From a virus, in UHGV virus genome UHGV-2031204: a stretch of DNA of 64,000 bases; one strand, written 5' to 3'. The position numbers and the translations under genes were made by a program. Below the pieces are notes generated by a model. It had not been told where the DNA came from and did not search any database. It was given only the letters and a program-made list of their open reading frames with translations. Of the stretch, positions 20,008-29,197 are shown in pieces (the stretch's first letter is position 1; each line of letters begins with the position of its first letter).

Positions 20008-20397
20008 ATGCGTCTCGTCTGCGTTTTAGCATTCTTCTTCTCCCTGAGTGTAGCAGCATCTACCCAAGTTAACGATTTACTGCTAACCCCAAACAACAAT
20101 ACCGATTATCAGTACAATCCTCCGGGGTTTGAAGTTTGCGAAGTCGGTGAAACAATCTGCCAAGAAGTCGGCGCAGACGGGCGCTATATTCTGGTAAAAG
20201 CTGACGGTGGCACAATGTGTCCCGCAGGTTATTACTTTCTGCTCGATTCCGTCGCAAGAGAGGTTCTTCCTATCACCACGAAAACGTGCGACCCTACCGT
20301 TGTCTTAACTCTCGCTAAAAGTAAATCTCGCGACCGTTATCTGATCGTTATCGAAGAACGGGGCAAGATGGCGGGTGCTATTGAATTAGATCATTGA
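20008..20397 (+). CDS. small secreted protein 5 (129 aa, predicted signal peptide)
   Basis: AAGGAG RBS; MRLVCVLAFFFSLSVAAS signal; 5 Cys in mature part. Confidence 0.55.
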   Translation: MRLVCVLAFFFSLSVAASTQVNDLLLTPNNNTDYQYNPPGFEVCEVGETICQEVGADGRYILVKADGGTMCPAGYYFLLDSVAREVLPITTKTCDPTVVLTLAKSKSRDRYLIVIEERGKMAGAIELDH

Positions 20398-20407
20398 GTG
20401 TAGTCTT

Positions 20408-20436
20408 GACCCCGGTACGTCCGGGGTCCTTTTTAC
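20408..20436 (+). terminator. intrinsic terminator
   Basis: Stem GACCCCGG/CCGGGGTC followed by CTTTTTAC. Confidence 0.6.
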
Positions 20437-20463
20437 GACATGTTTACCTAAAGGAGTATTAAA

Positions 20464-20940
20464 ATGCAATTATCTAACGTTTACCAAGCTGCGCAATTTC
20501 ATCATGACCTGTCGGCTAAACCTGAACAAATTCGCCACAACTTAACGGTGGCCTGGAAACTGCTACGTATCGCCGAAGCCTCGCGCCTTAACGATCAGTC
20601 GACGATTATCGAAACGGTGCGCACACTACATCCAGTCGACCTGGAAACAATCTGGACCTTTGATTTAACCCGAATTTATCACCGTCGTTTTAATGCGGCA
20701 GTTGATGCAATCCGTCCTTACTTTCACCACCTGCGAACAACACGCGAAAATGATACCGCACTTGAGTGGGTGTTGGTACAAAGCGTATGGAGCGACTACA
20801 TTTATCTCCTTTCTTTAGAGACGGGTGAATGTATCGTTGCTAACGAAGTTTTTTCAAGTAACGCAGAAATGTATCGTTCCTACGCGACGATTAAAGGTGA
20901 AACACAACCTATTTTATCACTCACGCACTTAGGGCTGTAA
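20464..20940 (+). CDS. hypothetical protein (158 aa)
   Basis: Track ORF with AAAGGAG RBS; terminator after stop. Confidence 0.55.
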   Translation: MQLSNVYQAAQFHHDLSAKPEQIRHNLTVAWKLLRIAEASRLNDQSTIIETVRTLHPVDLETIWTFDLTRIYHRRFNAAVDAIRPYFHHLRTTRENDTALEWVLVQSVWSDYIYLLSLETGECIVANEVFSSNAEMYRSYATIKGETQPILSLTHLGL

Positions 20941-20948
20941 TTAGCCCG

Positions 20949-20977
20949 GCCCCGTTTACTCGGGGCTTCTTTTTTTG
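20949..20977 (+). terminator. intrinsic terminator
   Basis: Stem GCCCCG/CGGGGC followed by TTCTTTTTTTG. Confidence 0.6.
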
Positions 20978-20996
20978 ATCTAAAAGGAAAGACCAG

Positions 20997-21605
20997 ATGA
21001 ACGAAATTACATTAGTTCGTTTTCTTGAAGCGATGCAAAATGCAGAGCGCTTTTCGCACGCGCCTTTATTCATTGACTTAATGGAAGAAGAAGTAGAGGG
21101 CTTCCTGGCATACCCTCGCTTACGGGAGTATTTTAAACGTAAAACACCGACTGCTTACGAAAAGTTGGTTTACGCGCTTGAGAACAGTACAACATTGTTA
21201 ACGTCGCCTTTTAAGGCGTTGGAGGCTTTAGACCCGGCTGGTACCACAAGTATCCCACAACGTGTTGTGTTCTACTATATCGACCACGATCGAATTAAAG
21301 CCGATGTTGTTAACTGGATCTCTGAAAACGCAGTTCCTGAAACACGCACTTTTAATCTCTGTCCTGTAGAAGAAGGATGGAAGGTCGGTAGCCACTATTC
21401 TTACCCGTACCAATCCATTAAATCGCCGTTTTTATACCCGGTTTATCTGGATGATGTTACACCTGGAAATTGTATCCCGGTAACAAATCTGATCTGTACA
21501 TTGACGATGGAAGTCTTAGCCACAAAGGCGGGACAGGTTTGGGTAGAAAACACGAAGAACGTCGATTATTGGACTTCAATGGGTTATCACCTGTACACCA
21601 AATAA
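20997..21605 (+). CDS. hypothetical protein (202 aa)
   Basis: Track ORF with AAAGGAAAG RBS; terminator after stop. Confidence 0.55.
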   Translation: MNEITLVRFLEAMQNAERFSHAPLFIDLMEEEVEGFLAYPRLREYFKRKTPTAYEKLVYALENSTTLLTSPFKALEALDPAGTTSIPQRVVFYYIDHDRIKADVVNWISENAVPETRTFNLCPVEEGWKVGSHYSYPYQSIKSPFLYPVYLDDVTPGNCIPVTNLICTLTMEVLATKAGQVWVENTKNVDYWTSMGYHLYTK

Positions 21606-21610
21606 CGTTT

Positions 21611-21653
21611 GGGAGAACCTTCGGGTTCTCCCTTTCTTTATTTTTTTCTTTTT
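21611..21653 (+). terminator. intrinsic terminator
   Basis: Stem GGGAGAACC/GGTTCTCCC followed by long T-tract. Confidence 0.7.
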
Positions 21654-21683
21654 ACACCACACTCCGTCTTTATGGAGGTGGGT

Positions 21684-24188
21684 ATGCTAAAAGTTGAACG
21701 CATTATACTCAAAGGTTTTACGGGGATGGGATTACATGAAATTGAAACTTTCGATTTCACTATCCAGTCTCCAACAACAATTATCCTAGGTGGGAACGGT
21801 TGCGGGAAAACCAGTCTACTGTCTGTATTCTTACCCTTAGCACCGGCTAAAACTGAATTCAGAGACGGCGGTTCTTACACGAACTACTGTTTAGTTGGCG
21901 ATCAACGCTATCGTTTCAAAGTTGCCCGTAAAGGCAACTCTTTGGTTTGCGATATTGAGAACCTGACCACGGGGACAAAGATCGTCGAACAAGGCAATGC
22001 GAAAGTCTACAACTCCCGTGTTGAAGAAATCACGGGTATTACGAAAGAGATTAAAGAATTATTAAATGGTGAGGTGTTGTTAACTGATGCGGGAACCGAA
22101 CTACGTCGCAAGTGGTTTTACCGTTTAAGTACCTCTGACCTCACTTACGCGTTAGGGTTTTATCAACGTTTACGTAAAAACCTTACTGCCTTAAATGGGG
22201 GGATTGAAATCACCAGCCGTAAGATCGCCGAATTACGGACGCGTGTTATTGAGAACGAGGAAGAACGTCAGCAATTAGCGACGAGATTAAAAGGTTTGGA
22301 ATCGGATTTACGTGAACTGAACCGAGAAATCGAACAGTTGCCAGGATTAAATCGCGGCGTCACCATCGAAACAATCCAAGCGTCATTAAACAGCTTGGGT
22401 CCAACCATCGACGCAATATTACAACATCGTGGTGGTCTGCCTACTGATGAACAGATACAGGTCGCACGACAAAACGAGGCGACCGCCCGCGAAGCCGTCG
22501 TGTCTACTGAAACAGAGGTATCGATGTTGAATAAAGACTTGTCGCTATTGATGGATGAGTCGACACGACAAGACTACCTGATGCGGAATCACGAAGGTCT
22601 CAAGAATACACTGGCACGTTTACGTGAGTTACTTACCAAATGGGACACCGAGCATCTCTTTCCGGGTTTATTTAACGACAACGTCAATTTAGACCAACTT
22701 CGTGCGGCTACCGATGCGCGTGTCTGGGGGCAACGGTTAGGAACAACACTGGACGCAATTCATTCAACCGAAAAACTCAATGTTTTGGAAGAACGGCTTC
22801 TGGTGATGGATCAAAAAACCGCAGGGTTGCGGGATAGACTCCAGCGAGTGGAGAACGTTTTACAGAATTTAAATCACGAACGTAATCACTACTTAGAAAC
22901 AGCGGAAGTGGATTGCCCGCAGTGTCGGTTTAAGTTCCGTCCTGGTGTTACGCGTTCTTTACCTGAACTTGAGTCTTCGATTCGCGGACAACAACAGCAG
23001 CGCACGGAACTGCAAACGCAGTTAGAGACCTTATTACGCGATCGTGTTGAATTAGAATCTGATGTAACTTATATGCGGCAGGTTCGTGAGATTGTACTGA
23101 CGTATTCAAAGGACCCGGTATTGAGCATGTTCTTTAAGCGTTTGCAAGAACGTAACGTTTTCACAGAATCACGCGAGCAGTTCGGGAGTCTATGCGCAGC
23201 GTTTGACAGCGAGTTGTACTCTGCTATTGAGTACCATGAAACCCGTCAACGGTTAGTGAAGGCGGAAAAAGAATGGCAGGATGCCGTGGCGGCCGTTGGT
23301 AACGTCGATGGTGCTTTACAACAAAAAATCGCTTTCCAACAGTCACGATTAGGTAAAGCCACAGAGATGCTCTCAATGCGTCGTAGAGAGCACGAACTGG
23401 CTAACACGACACTTACCTATCTGGTGAATGTTAAACGTGCTGTAGATGATTTCAGTGCGTTATTCGAACGGTTAGAGAGTGATGTTAAGGTTACGTTGAC
23501 AAATACAGTCGTCGAGGAACTCTTACGTACACGAGAAGGGAAGCTGGATGCTTTTACAACCGCACGCGAACGTTATCGTCAAATGGAAAATGAATTGAAC
23601 CAGCTCAACAGTTTGGAACGCGAACTTGCTGACTTACAAGCCCAGCAGTTCAATAACAAACTGATGATTCAAGCCTTCTCGCCAGAAAAGGGTGTACTTA
23701 GAAAGTATTTTTACAACGCTATCGTTAGAATCACAGAGTTAATGACGCGTTATATCGAACAGGTCTGGACGTACCCCATGCGTGTTATGCCTTGTGATCT
23801 CACTGACGGCGATTTGGATTATACTTTTCCTGTCCAGCTAAAAACGCATCCTGAGCCTGTTCCTGACGTGCGTAAAGGGTCAAAGGCGCAGCGTGCGATA
23901 TTTAATCTGATGTTCAGACTGACTGCGTACAAAGCGCTGAAGTTGCATCAGTTTCCGTTGCTTTTGGACGAGCCTTCGGAGGGTATGGATGAGGAGCACC
24001 GTAACAACCTGGTCGGCTTTATTAAAACGTTAGCAAACTCAGGAGATTTTTCACAACTGTTGGTAGTCTCCCACGAAGCTGAGGTTCATTCTAAACTTAA
24101 TGAAGCATCGTACTGTGTCATCGAACCGGAAGGGGTGACATTACCTGCGGTGTATAACGAAGGAGTAAAAATTGTTTATGCAAACTGA
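21684..24188 (+). CDS. Rad50/SbcC-like ATPase (~834 aa from ATG 21684)
   Basis: N-terminal Walker A GGNGCGKTS; long coiled-coil-type middle; central CPQC zinc-hook-like motif; C-terminal Walker B LLLDEP and H-loop VVSHEA; track ORF starts at 21609 but GGAGGTGG RBS precedes ATG 21684. Confidence 0.7.
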   Translation: MLKVERIILKGFTGMGLHEIETFDFTIQSPTTIILGGNGCGKTSLLSVFLPLAPAKTEFRDGGSYTNYCLVGDQRYRFKVARKGNSLVCDIENLTTGTKIVEQGNAKVYNSRVEEITGITKEIKELLNGEVLLTDAGTELRRKWFYRLSTSDLTYALGFYQRLRKNLTALNGGIEITSRKIAELRTRVIENEEERQQLATRLKGLESDLRELNREIEQLPGLNRGVTIETIQASLNSLGPTIDAILQHRGGLPTDEQIQVARQNEATAREAVVSTETEVSMLNKDLSLLMDESTRQDYLMRNHEGLKNTLARLRELLTKWDTEHLFPGLFNDNVNLDQLRAATDARVWGQRLGTTLDAIHSTEKLNVLEERLLVMDQKTAGLRDRLQRVENVLQNLNHERNHYLETAEVDCPQCRFKFRPGVTRSLPELESSIRGQQQQRTELQTQLETLLRDRVELESDVTYMRQVREIVLTYSKDPVLSMFFKRLQERNVFTESREQFGSLCAAFDSELYSAIEYHETRQRLVKAEKEWQDAVAAVGNVDGALQQKIAFQQSRLGKATEMLSMRRREHELANTTLTYLVNVKRAVDDFSALFERLESDVKVTLTNTVVEELLRTREGKLDAFTTARERYRQMENELNQLNSLERELADLQAQQFNNKLMIQAFSPEKGVLRKYFYNAIVRITELMTRYIEQVWTYPMRVMPCDLTDGDLDYTFPVQLKTHPEPVPDVRKGSKAQRAIFNLMFRLTAYKALKLHQFPLLLDEPSEGMDEEHRNNLVGFIKTLANSGDFSQLLVVSHEAEVHSKLNEASYCVIEPEGVTLPAVYNEGVKIVYAN

Positions 24189-24357
24189 TTGGTTCCGTCG
24201 TTTTATGGACGCGGCGGGGTTTGGTTTCATGTCCATTCTAGCGGTTCTTTATGTCATGTTTTGCGTGGTGATGATTTTATGGGTAGTTTCATCTTATCTG
24301 ATTAAACTATCGTGGGGTTCAATTTGGCGTCAACGCGAATGCGAATGGCGGAATTAG
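24178..24357 (+). CDS. small membrane protein (~60 aa)
   Basis: Track ORF 24172..24357 overlapping SbcC stop; strongly hydrophobic core FGFMSILAVLYVMFCVVMILWVVSSYLI. Confidence 0.4.
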   Translation: MQTDWFRRFMDAAGFGFMSILAVLYVMFCVVMILWVVSSYLIKLSWGSIWRQRECEWRN

Positions 24358-24523
24358 GAGAGGGAATATGGTTGTAGGGGTTCTGTTAACACTTGGCTCG
24401 TTGTGGTTAATTGGTAAAGGTTTAAACTGGCTGATTAAACGTCACCGTTGGGCATTCGAAGATTAACCACCCAAATAATCCAGAAGATACCCTCCGGTGT
24501 GAGGGTATTGATAGGAGCAGAAA

Positions 24524-24652
24524 ATGACCACGATAAACGCTACGAATGTAGCGATATCCGCACTATACGACGCGGAACTTTCATGGGGTGGGTTAATAAT
24601 CACCACAGCCATATTAGCCGCTGCGGCTTTCGTCATCGCGCGTTGGTTTTAA
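24524..24652 (+). CDS. small membrane peptide (42 aa)
   Basis: Not in track (<60 aa); AGGAG RBS 6 nt upstream of ATG; hand translation MTTINATNVAISALYDAELSWGGLIITTAILAAAAFVIARWF has one TM helix; the 84-aa track ORF 24448..24702 is in another frame. Confidence 0.35.
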   Translation: MTTINATNVAISALYDAELSWGGLIITTAILAAAAFVIARWF

Positions 24653-24677
24653 TTTTACTTTTTTGCGTCTCTAAGGT

Positions 24678-25127
24678 TTGCAAATGGAAATTTATTTGTT
24701 GAACGCATCTTCTAAAGTCGGCGAACGACAAGCTGCCGATTTACTCAAACTGCACTACCGTTACTTAGACCACCAGGCCACGTTACTGAAAATCAAAATG
24801 TCGGTGCCGAAGTTAAATGCGCGACAGCTGATCGAAGGTAACTGCATAGTTCTGGTGTATCAGGATGATGTCGCGGTAGGATACTGTAGTTATCGGAATC
24901 GTAACGGTTCACTTAAGATACGTTCGGTATACGTGCTCCCAGACTATCGTCAACGGGGTGTAATGAAAGAGATTTTCAAAGCAATTGCAGCTGATGAGGT
25001 TTTCGGCGAGATTGTTACTGGCATGTATGCGAAATGTAAAGAAGCAAAAGAGTATTTCATCCGACGCGGCTATCAAGCGGTTTACTCACGCGATCGTGAG
25101 TGGGTCGATTTTAGCAAAACATTCTAA
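24678..25127 (+). CDS. GNAT-family N-acetyltransferase (149 aa), putative
   Basis: Size and motif VYVLPDYRQRGVMKEIF fit the GNAT acetyl-CoA-binding motif A region. Confidence 0.5.
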   Translation: MQMEIYLLNASSKVGERQAADLLKLHYRYLDHQATLLKIKMSVPKLNARQLIEGNCIVLVYQDDVAVGYCSYRNRNGSLKIRSVYVLPDYRQRGVMKEIFKAIAADEVFGEIVTGMYAKCKEAKEYFIRRGYQAVYSRDREWVDFSKTF

Positions 25128-25193
25128 AAACAATAAAGCTCTCTTGGCGTACCTCACTATGAGTGTGAGAAATTTACGTCAGGAGAGCTAATT

Positions 25194-25439
25194 ATGTTAA
25201 AATCGTACGGAGTGGGTGGTTTGGATACGAGTATTTGTTGGAAGGAATACGAACGTGCGAAAGCGTTCTTACAGCATCCCAATGTAGGGACAATAGGTAA
25301 GGTCTGTTTCGGCAAACCTTCACTGACGGCTTGTATCCAAGGGGCTTTAGGGACGTTGCCACCCGAATCACATTTCGAGCCTGAGGAGAATATGAATGTT
25401 CACAGAGAACCCATCAATTTACGGTATACCGTTGAATGA
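25194..25439 (+). CDS. hypothetical protein (81 aa)
   Basis: Track ORF with AGGAGAG RBS; overlaps next ORF by 44 nt. Confidence 0.4.
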   Translation: MLKSYGVGGLDTSICWKEYERAKAFLQHPNVGTIGKVCFGKPSLTACIQGALGTLPPESHFEPEENMNVHREPINLRYTVE

Positions 25440-25764
25440 AATTGATATTCTACAAATTTGTTATCAGTGTGGTGACTTCGGTAAGACGCAGGTAACGCCG
25501 TTAGTTAAGCTTTTAGGTTACTTGCCTGAAATCGAGTTGCCTTTTGTTAAACCTAGCTTAGTTCGTCGTGCATCGTGTCGTGAAGCTTATTTGCTCTGGA
25601 AACACAATATTGCGGTAGAGAAGGTCTGGGATCGTATGAACGATCATCAGTTCCGTGAGCAGGTCGTACATACGCTTAACTTGGCACTGACTATGCAGCG
25701 CCTGGGCTTACAACACGAAGGTTTAGAAGCGGCGGTCAAGCAATGGATTACGAAAAATCGATAA
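25396..25764 (+). CDS. hypothetical protein (122 aa)
   Basis: Track ORF; GAGGAG RBS 7 nt upstream of ATG. Confidence 0.5.
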   Translation: MFTENPSIYGIPLNEIDILQICYQCGDFGKTQVTPLVKLLGYLPEIELPFVKPSLVRRASCREAYLLWKHNIAVEKVWDRMNDHQFREQVVHTLNLALTMQRLGLQHEGLEAAVKQWITKNR

Positions 25765-25788
25765 TGGGTAAAACATATATCGCTATAC

Positions 25789-26349
25789 TTGTCGAGCTAT
25801 CAATCGGCGGTACACGTTTTAATGCTACACATCAGCTCCGGGCGTTTCGTTATGTTAACGGTACGTAAAGAATCTGAAATTGGTAACGATCTTTTTAATG
25901 CACCCGAAGACTATAAAGTCGTTACCATTAACTGCGTAGGAGCGATGGGTCGCGGTATTGCACTCGCGTGTCGTGAACGCTACCCCAACCTTTACCAGGA
26001 TTATCGTAAGCGGTGTCGTGAAGACGAAATTAAGATTGGTAGCGTTTACGTTTACTCTGACGAAAAGTGTATCTTGCTCCCCACGAAAACCCATTGGCGC
26101 TTAAAGTCCCAGGTTTCTTATGTTACTGCGGGCATTACCGCACTAGCAGACTGTGCTGAGGATCTAGATACCAGCGTTGCTATCCCTCCACTGGGAATGG
26201 CAAATGGGTGGTTAGATTCCTGGGAAAGACAAGAAATCTTTTTGTGGCTTTACAAAAAACTTGAACCGAGGAGACAACACTACACGTTATACTTACCCGA
26301 TAGTTTGTACCGAGAAGCAGAGTCATTAATTCCAAACTCTTTTAAATAG
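25789..26349 (+). CDS. macrodomain protein, TARG1/DarG-like (start uncertain: TTG 25789, ATG 25822 or ATG 25852)
   Basis: NCVGAMGRGIALACRERY matches the C..MGAGIA motif of TARG1/DarG-type macrodomains; SVAIPPLGMANGWLDSWERQEIF matches the second conserved block (IGCGLDRLQWENV). Confidence 0.55.
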   Translation: MSSYQSAVHVLMLHISSGRFVMLTVRKESEIGNDLFNAPEDYKVVTINCVGAMGRGIALACRERYPNLYQDYRKRCREDEIKIGSVYVYSDEKCILLPTKTHWRLKSQVSYVTAGITALADCAEDLDTSVAIPPLGMANGWLDSWERQEIFLWLYKKLEPRRQHYTLYLPDSLYREAESLIPNSFK

Positions 26350-26357
26350 ATATTATC
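26348..26357 (+). promoter_or_regulatory. AGATATTATC promoter-like motif (copy 1)
   Basis: Overlaps TAG stop of upstream gene; identical 10-mer at 35838 and 44957; contains -10-like TATTAT. Confidence 0.35.
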
Positions 26358-26422
26358 ATTAGGGCACACAACAAAGGAGTATTAGCTGTCCGCGCCGTCA
26401 TTTCGTCTTACGGAATACGGAA

Positions 26423-27148
26423 ATGTATAAATCCAACTGGAGAAACAAAATGTTTCGTATCTTCTTTCTTTTACTGGTAACACTTTTCGCGTTTAACGCA
26501 CAGGCGTCAACGTCAACGCCACATTCTAAACATCAGCGTGAGTTTACACAAATCCAACATCGGTTCGAAAAAGTCAGTCCGTTAATTGTGGAAATCTCAC
26601 GAAAGCAAGGCGTTGATCCTAAGCTGATGATTACGCTGATTTATCGTGAATCGCGTTTTGATCCCAAGGCTTACAACAAAAGCTCACGAGCACACAGCCT
26701 GGTACAGATGCTTCCAAGTACCAAGCGTAATCTGCTAAGGCTTTATGGAAAAGAATTAGGTCTTAGTCAGAACGCCGATTTGTATAATCCGCGTAATGCT
26801 GTTTTGCTGGCTGCCGCGTATGTTAAACATCTTGAAAAGGGGTTAACCAAACGACTCAAACGCAAGCCCACCATGGCTGAAGTTGCGTTAGCTTACCACT
26901 GGGGTGAAAGTGGCGCTCACACGCGAATCAAAAGCAAATCTCGAGCAGCACAACGAGAAATGGCAGGCTTTATGAAAGACGCCTCGTTCTATAGCGCGAA
27001 AATCGATGTGCCTGTTGTTGTGGGCTCGGCCCCACGTCAGCTTGCGTTTGCGAAGAAAACACCACGTCAGATTCAATTGGCGGAAGTTAGTAAAATTTGG
27101 GATACGATAAACACGAGTTTTCCAATCAATAGAGGAGTTACCCTTTGA
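26423..27148 (+). CDS. secreted lytic transglycosylase, GH23/SLT domain (start 26423 or 26450)
   Basis: Signal peptide MFRIFFLLLVTLFAFNAQA; SLT motifs YRESRFDP, SLVQMLPST, AAAYVKHL. Confidence 0.7.
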   Translation: MYKSNWRNKMFRIFFLLLVTLFAFNAQASTSTPHSKHQREFTQIQHRFEKVSPLIVEISRKQGVDPKLMITLIYRESRFDPKAYNKSSRAHSLVQMLPSTKRNLLRLYGKELGLSQNADLYNPRNAVLLAAAYVKHLEKGLTKRLKRKPTMAEVALAYHWGESGAHTRIKSKSRAAQREMAGFMKDASFYSAKIDVPVVVGSAPRQLAFAKKTPRQIQLAEVSKIWDTINTSFPINRGVTL

Positions 27149-27654
27149 GCATCGTAGTAACCGATTGGTATAAAGGCATTACAAAAGCCGCACAATTGAC
27201 CGCGAAAGACGTTTACAGTATCGTCCGAAGCAGCATCGAAGACGAGATTAAGTCGGATGAAGAATTCGCAGAGAAACACGAATTTTACGATGCTTTACCC
27301 ACAGCATTCGGTGATGACGAAGAAGAAGGTTTAGAGTTTGACTGGAACGTCAACCTTGCCTTGTTGTGGATTTGTGGTTTACGACCAACGGTAAAAGAAA
27401 CCGAAGAAGGGAAAGTCTTGCTTTGGAATTTTACCGGACAGTATAATCGTAGTTTAGTCTTTAAACAGGCGTATATGGACGCTACTGTAGAACTTCAAAA
27501 TCTACTGCTTGGTGAAAACACATACTGCCAGCGTAGTTTTTTAACGATTCTGGAAAAACTTGTGACGACGCACAAAGTCTGGCGTAAAGAAGACGCCCCA
27601 GAACACATGTTCATTTTAGAGTACGCTGTCATTCCAAATCAGCCGTTCTTCTAA
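27145..27654 (+). CDS. hypothetical protein (169 aa)
   Basis: Track ORF, TTG start with AGAGGAG RBS 7 nt upstream; terminator after stop. Confidence 0.5.
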   Translation: MSIVVTDWYKGITKAAQLTAKDVYSIVRSSIEDEIKSDEEFAEKHEFYDALPTAFGDDEEEGLEFDWNVNLALLWICGLRPTVKETEEGKVLLWNFTGQYNRSLVFKQAYMDATVELQNLLLGENTYCQRSFLTILEKLVTTHKVWRKEDAPEHMFILEYAVIPNQPFF

Positions 27655-27660
27655 CCTCTA

Positions 27661-27700
27661 CCCCTTACCCTATACGGAGTAAGGGGTACTTTTATTTTCA
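27661..27700 (+). terminator. intrinsic terminator
   Basis: Stem CCCCTTAC/GTAAGGGG followed by TACTTTTATTTT. Confidence 0.6.
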
Positions 27701-27720
27701 TTCCCTAAAGGAGCAGAGTT

Positions 27721-28200
27721 ATGATAAAATTCATTTGGCGTTATCCAACGCGTTTTTGGTTTGTGGTACTTGAACTGTGTATGGTTCTTGTAGCAGTTAC
27801 TTTTGTCGATGCACCTGCCTCACAGTTGACCATTTTCTGTCTATTCGTGACTGTTCCTGTATGGGTTATTGCGAAGGCTATTAAGTTCCTCATGGTGAGT
27901 TGGGCGAATTATACGTGTCCGTATAAGCCCAGACAAATCATGAACTGGCTAATGTATATTGAAGAACGTTTACCGGCGCAACGTAAATTACTGGGCTGGT
28001 CGTCAATGTTGGATATTGCGCTAGAAACCAATGCAAAGTTCCCCGGTGCGAAAAATCCGTATTTGTTGATGGCGGTAATTGTTGCACAACAAAAACTGGT
28101 AGGCGATCGTTGGTTGCCAGAAGAAGCGAAAGCGTATATCCGTAAACATCCAAAAGCTTTTTACTCGGTAGGGCAATGGCGTAACTTGCCATTATTTTAA
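27721..28200 (+). CDS. membrane protein (159 aa, two N-terminal TM helices)
   Basis: AAAGGAG RBS; hydrophobic segments FWFVVLELCMVLVAVTF and LTIFCLFVTVPVWVIAKAI. Confidence 0.55.
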   Translation: MIKFIWRYPTRFWFVVLELCMVLVAVTFVDAPASQLTIFCLFVTVPVWVIAKAIKFLMVSWANYTCPYKPRQIMNWLMYIEERLPAQRKLLGWSSMLDIALETNAKFPGAKNPYLLMAVIVAQQKLVGDRWLPEEAKAYIRKHPKAFYSVGQWRNLPLF

Positions 28201-28253
28201 CTTTTTACATAACCCTTAGTTGATTTGAACAAACCTAAAAGAGGACTATTAAA

Positions 28254-29189
28254 ATGACTTTTCCATCTGAAGTAATTCACGAACTGGCTAACACGCTACG
28301 TCGTTACCATAGCAGCAAGACGATGCAAACCAATGTGGGCGCGACCGCCGACTTTTTACGTGGTTATTTCCTAGGCAGAAATCCAACGTCGATTACACAG
28401 GAAACGGTTTTCTCTATCGAACGTACCTCCTTAATCCTTCCAATTGATAATTTCACTGCGTTTCAAGAAAGGAATACGTTCAACTTCTCTATGGGAATGC
28501 TGTATTCGACCATCGCCATTAATCCCATCATGAGAGATGACCCATCTTTCGTGCCTTACCAACATACAACGGATCACGGTAATTGGTTCGTTGTGGTAGA
28601 ACAAGGTGCGAATCAGTATGATGTTGTTGCGGCTCGTGACGAAGCTTTCTTTGATTTAGGACAGATTTATCGCCGTCAAGAAATTGCGTTTGACCTACGT
28701 CAAGGTAATATCGGATTAAGTGGGTCTGCTGTCTATTTCATCCTGAGCAGTTGGTCACATGTAGGTTTTGTGTTGATGAAAAAAGGACCGTTGTTCAACT
28801 CACCGTTGGTAAAATACCATAACCCTGAGGAAGGAGATCATGACGAAAAAGAAACGGTACCTGGCACAGAAGTCGCCGTTTGTGAAAACTACGATGATCT
28901 GAAATCTGTGCTCGTTAAACGTGATGTTTTCGAATCGTTAAACCTGGATTTCCCTGGTGACGAAAAAGAAATATCCGTAGCTGACCTGGTAGAAGCATTG
29001 TGTCAGAAAGACCAAGCTAATGAGATCAGTGACGAAGAAGCGGAACTCTTCCAAGTTCAACAACTCGTCAGCAAGGTTATCGGCGGCCAGGAAATCGTTG
29101 ACACCCTTATGGCTTTACCACCGAAGAAACGTACTCAAAAGTACATTCGTGAACTGGTTCTTAAAAACCTGGGTCAAGTCAAAAAGTAA
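28254..29189 (+). CDS. hypothetical protein (311 aa, acidic C-terminal region)
   Basis: Track ORF with AGAGGA RBS; terminator after stop. Confidence 0.55.
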   Translation: MTFPSEVIHELANTLRRYHSSKTMQTNVGATADFLRGYFLGRNPTSITQETVFSIERTSLILPIDNFTAFQERNTFNFSMGMLYSTIAINPIMRDDPSFVPYQHTTDHGNWFVVVEQGANQYDVVAARDEAFFDLGQIYRRQEIAFDLRQGNIGLSGSAVYFILSSWSHVGFVLMKKGPLFNSPLVKYHNPEEGDHDEKETVPGTEVAVCENYDDLKSVLVKRDVFESLNLDFPGDEKEISVADLVEALCQKDQANEISDEEAELFQVQQLVSKVIGGQEIVDTLMALPPKKRTQKYIRELVLKNLGQVKK

Positions 29190-29197
29190 TTTAAGTC

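Noticed and set aside
24367-24438. 23-aa hydrophobic peptide ORF with AGGAG RBS
   Set aside because: Good RBS but very short (MVVGVLLTLGSLWLIGKGFKLAD); cannot be supported from sequence alone, so not listed as a feature.
24448-24702. 84-aa track ORF between SbcC and the GNAT gene
   Set aside because: No RBS; spans an intergenic hairpin and runs into the GNAT start; a 42-aa TM peptide with a good RBS (24524..24652) in another frame is more credible.
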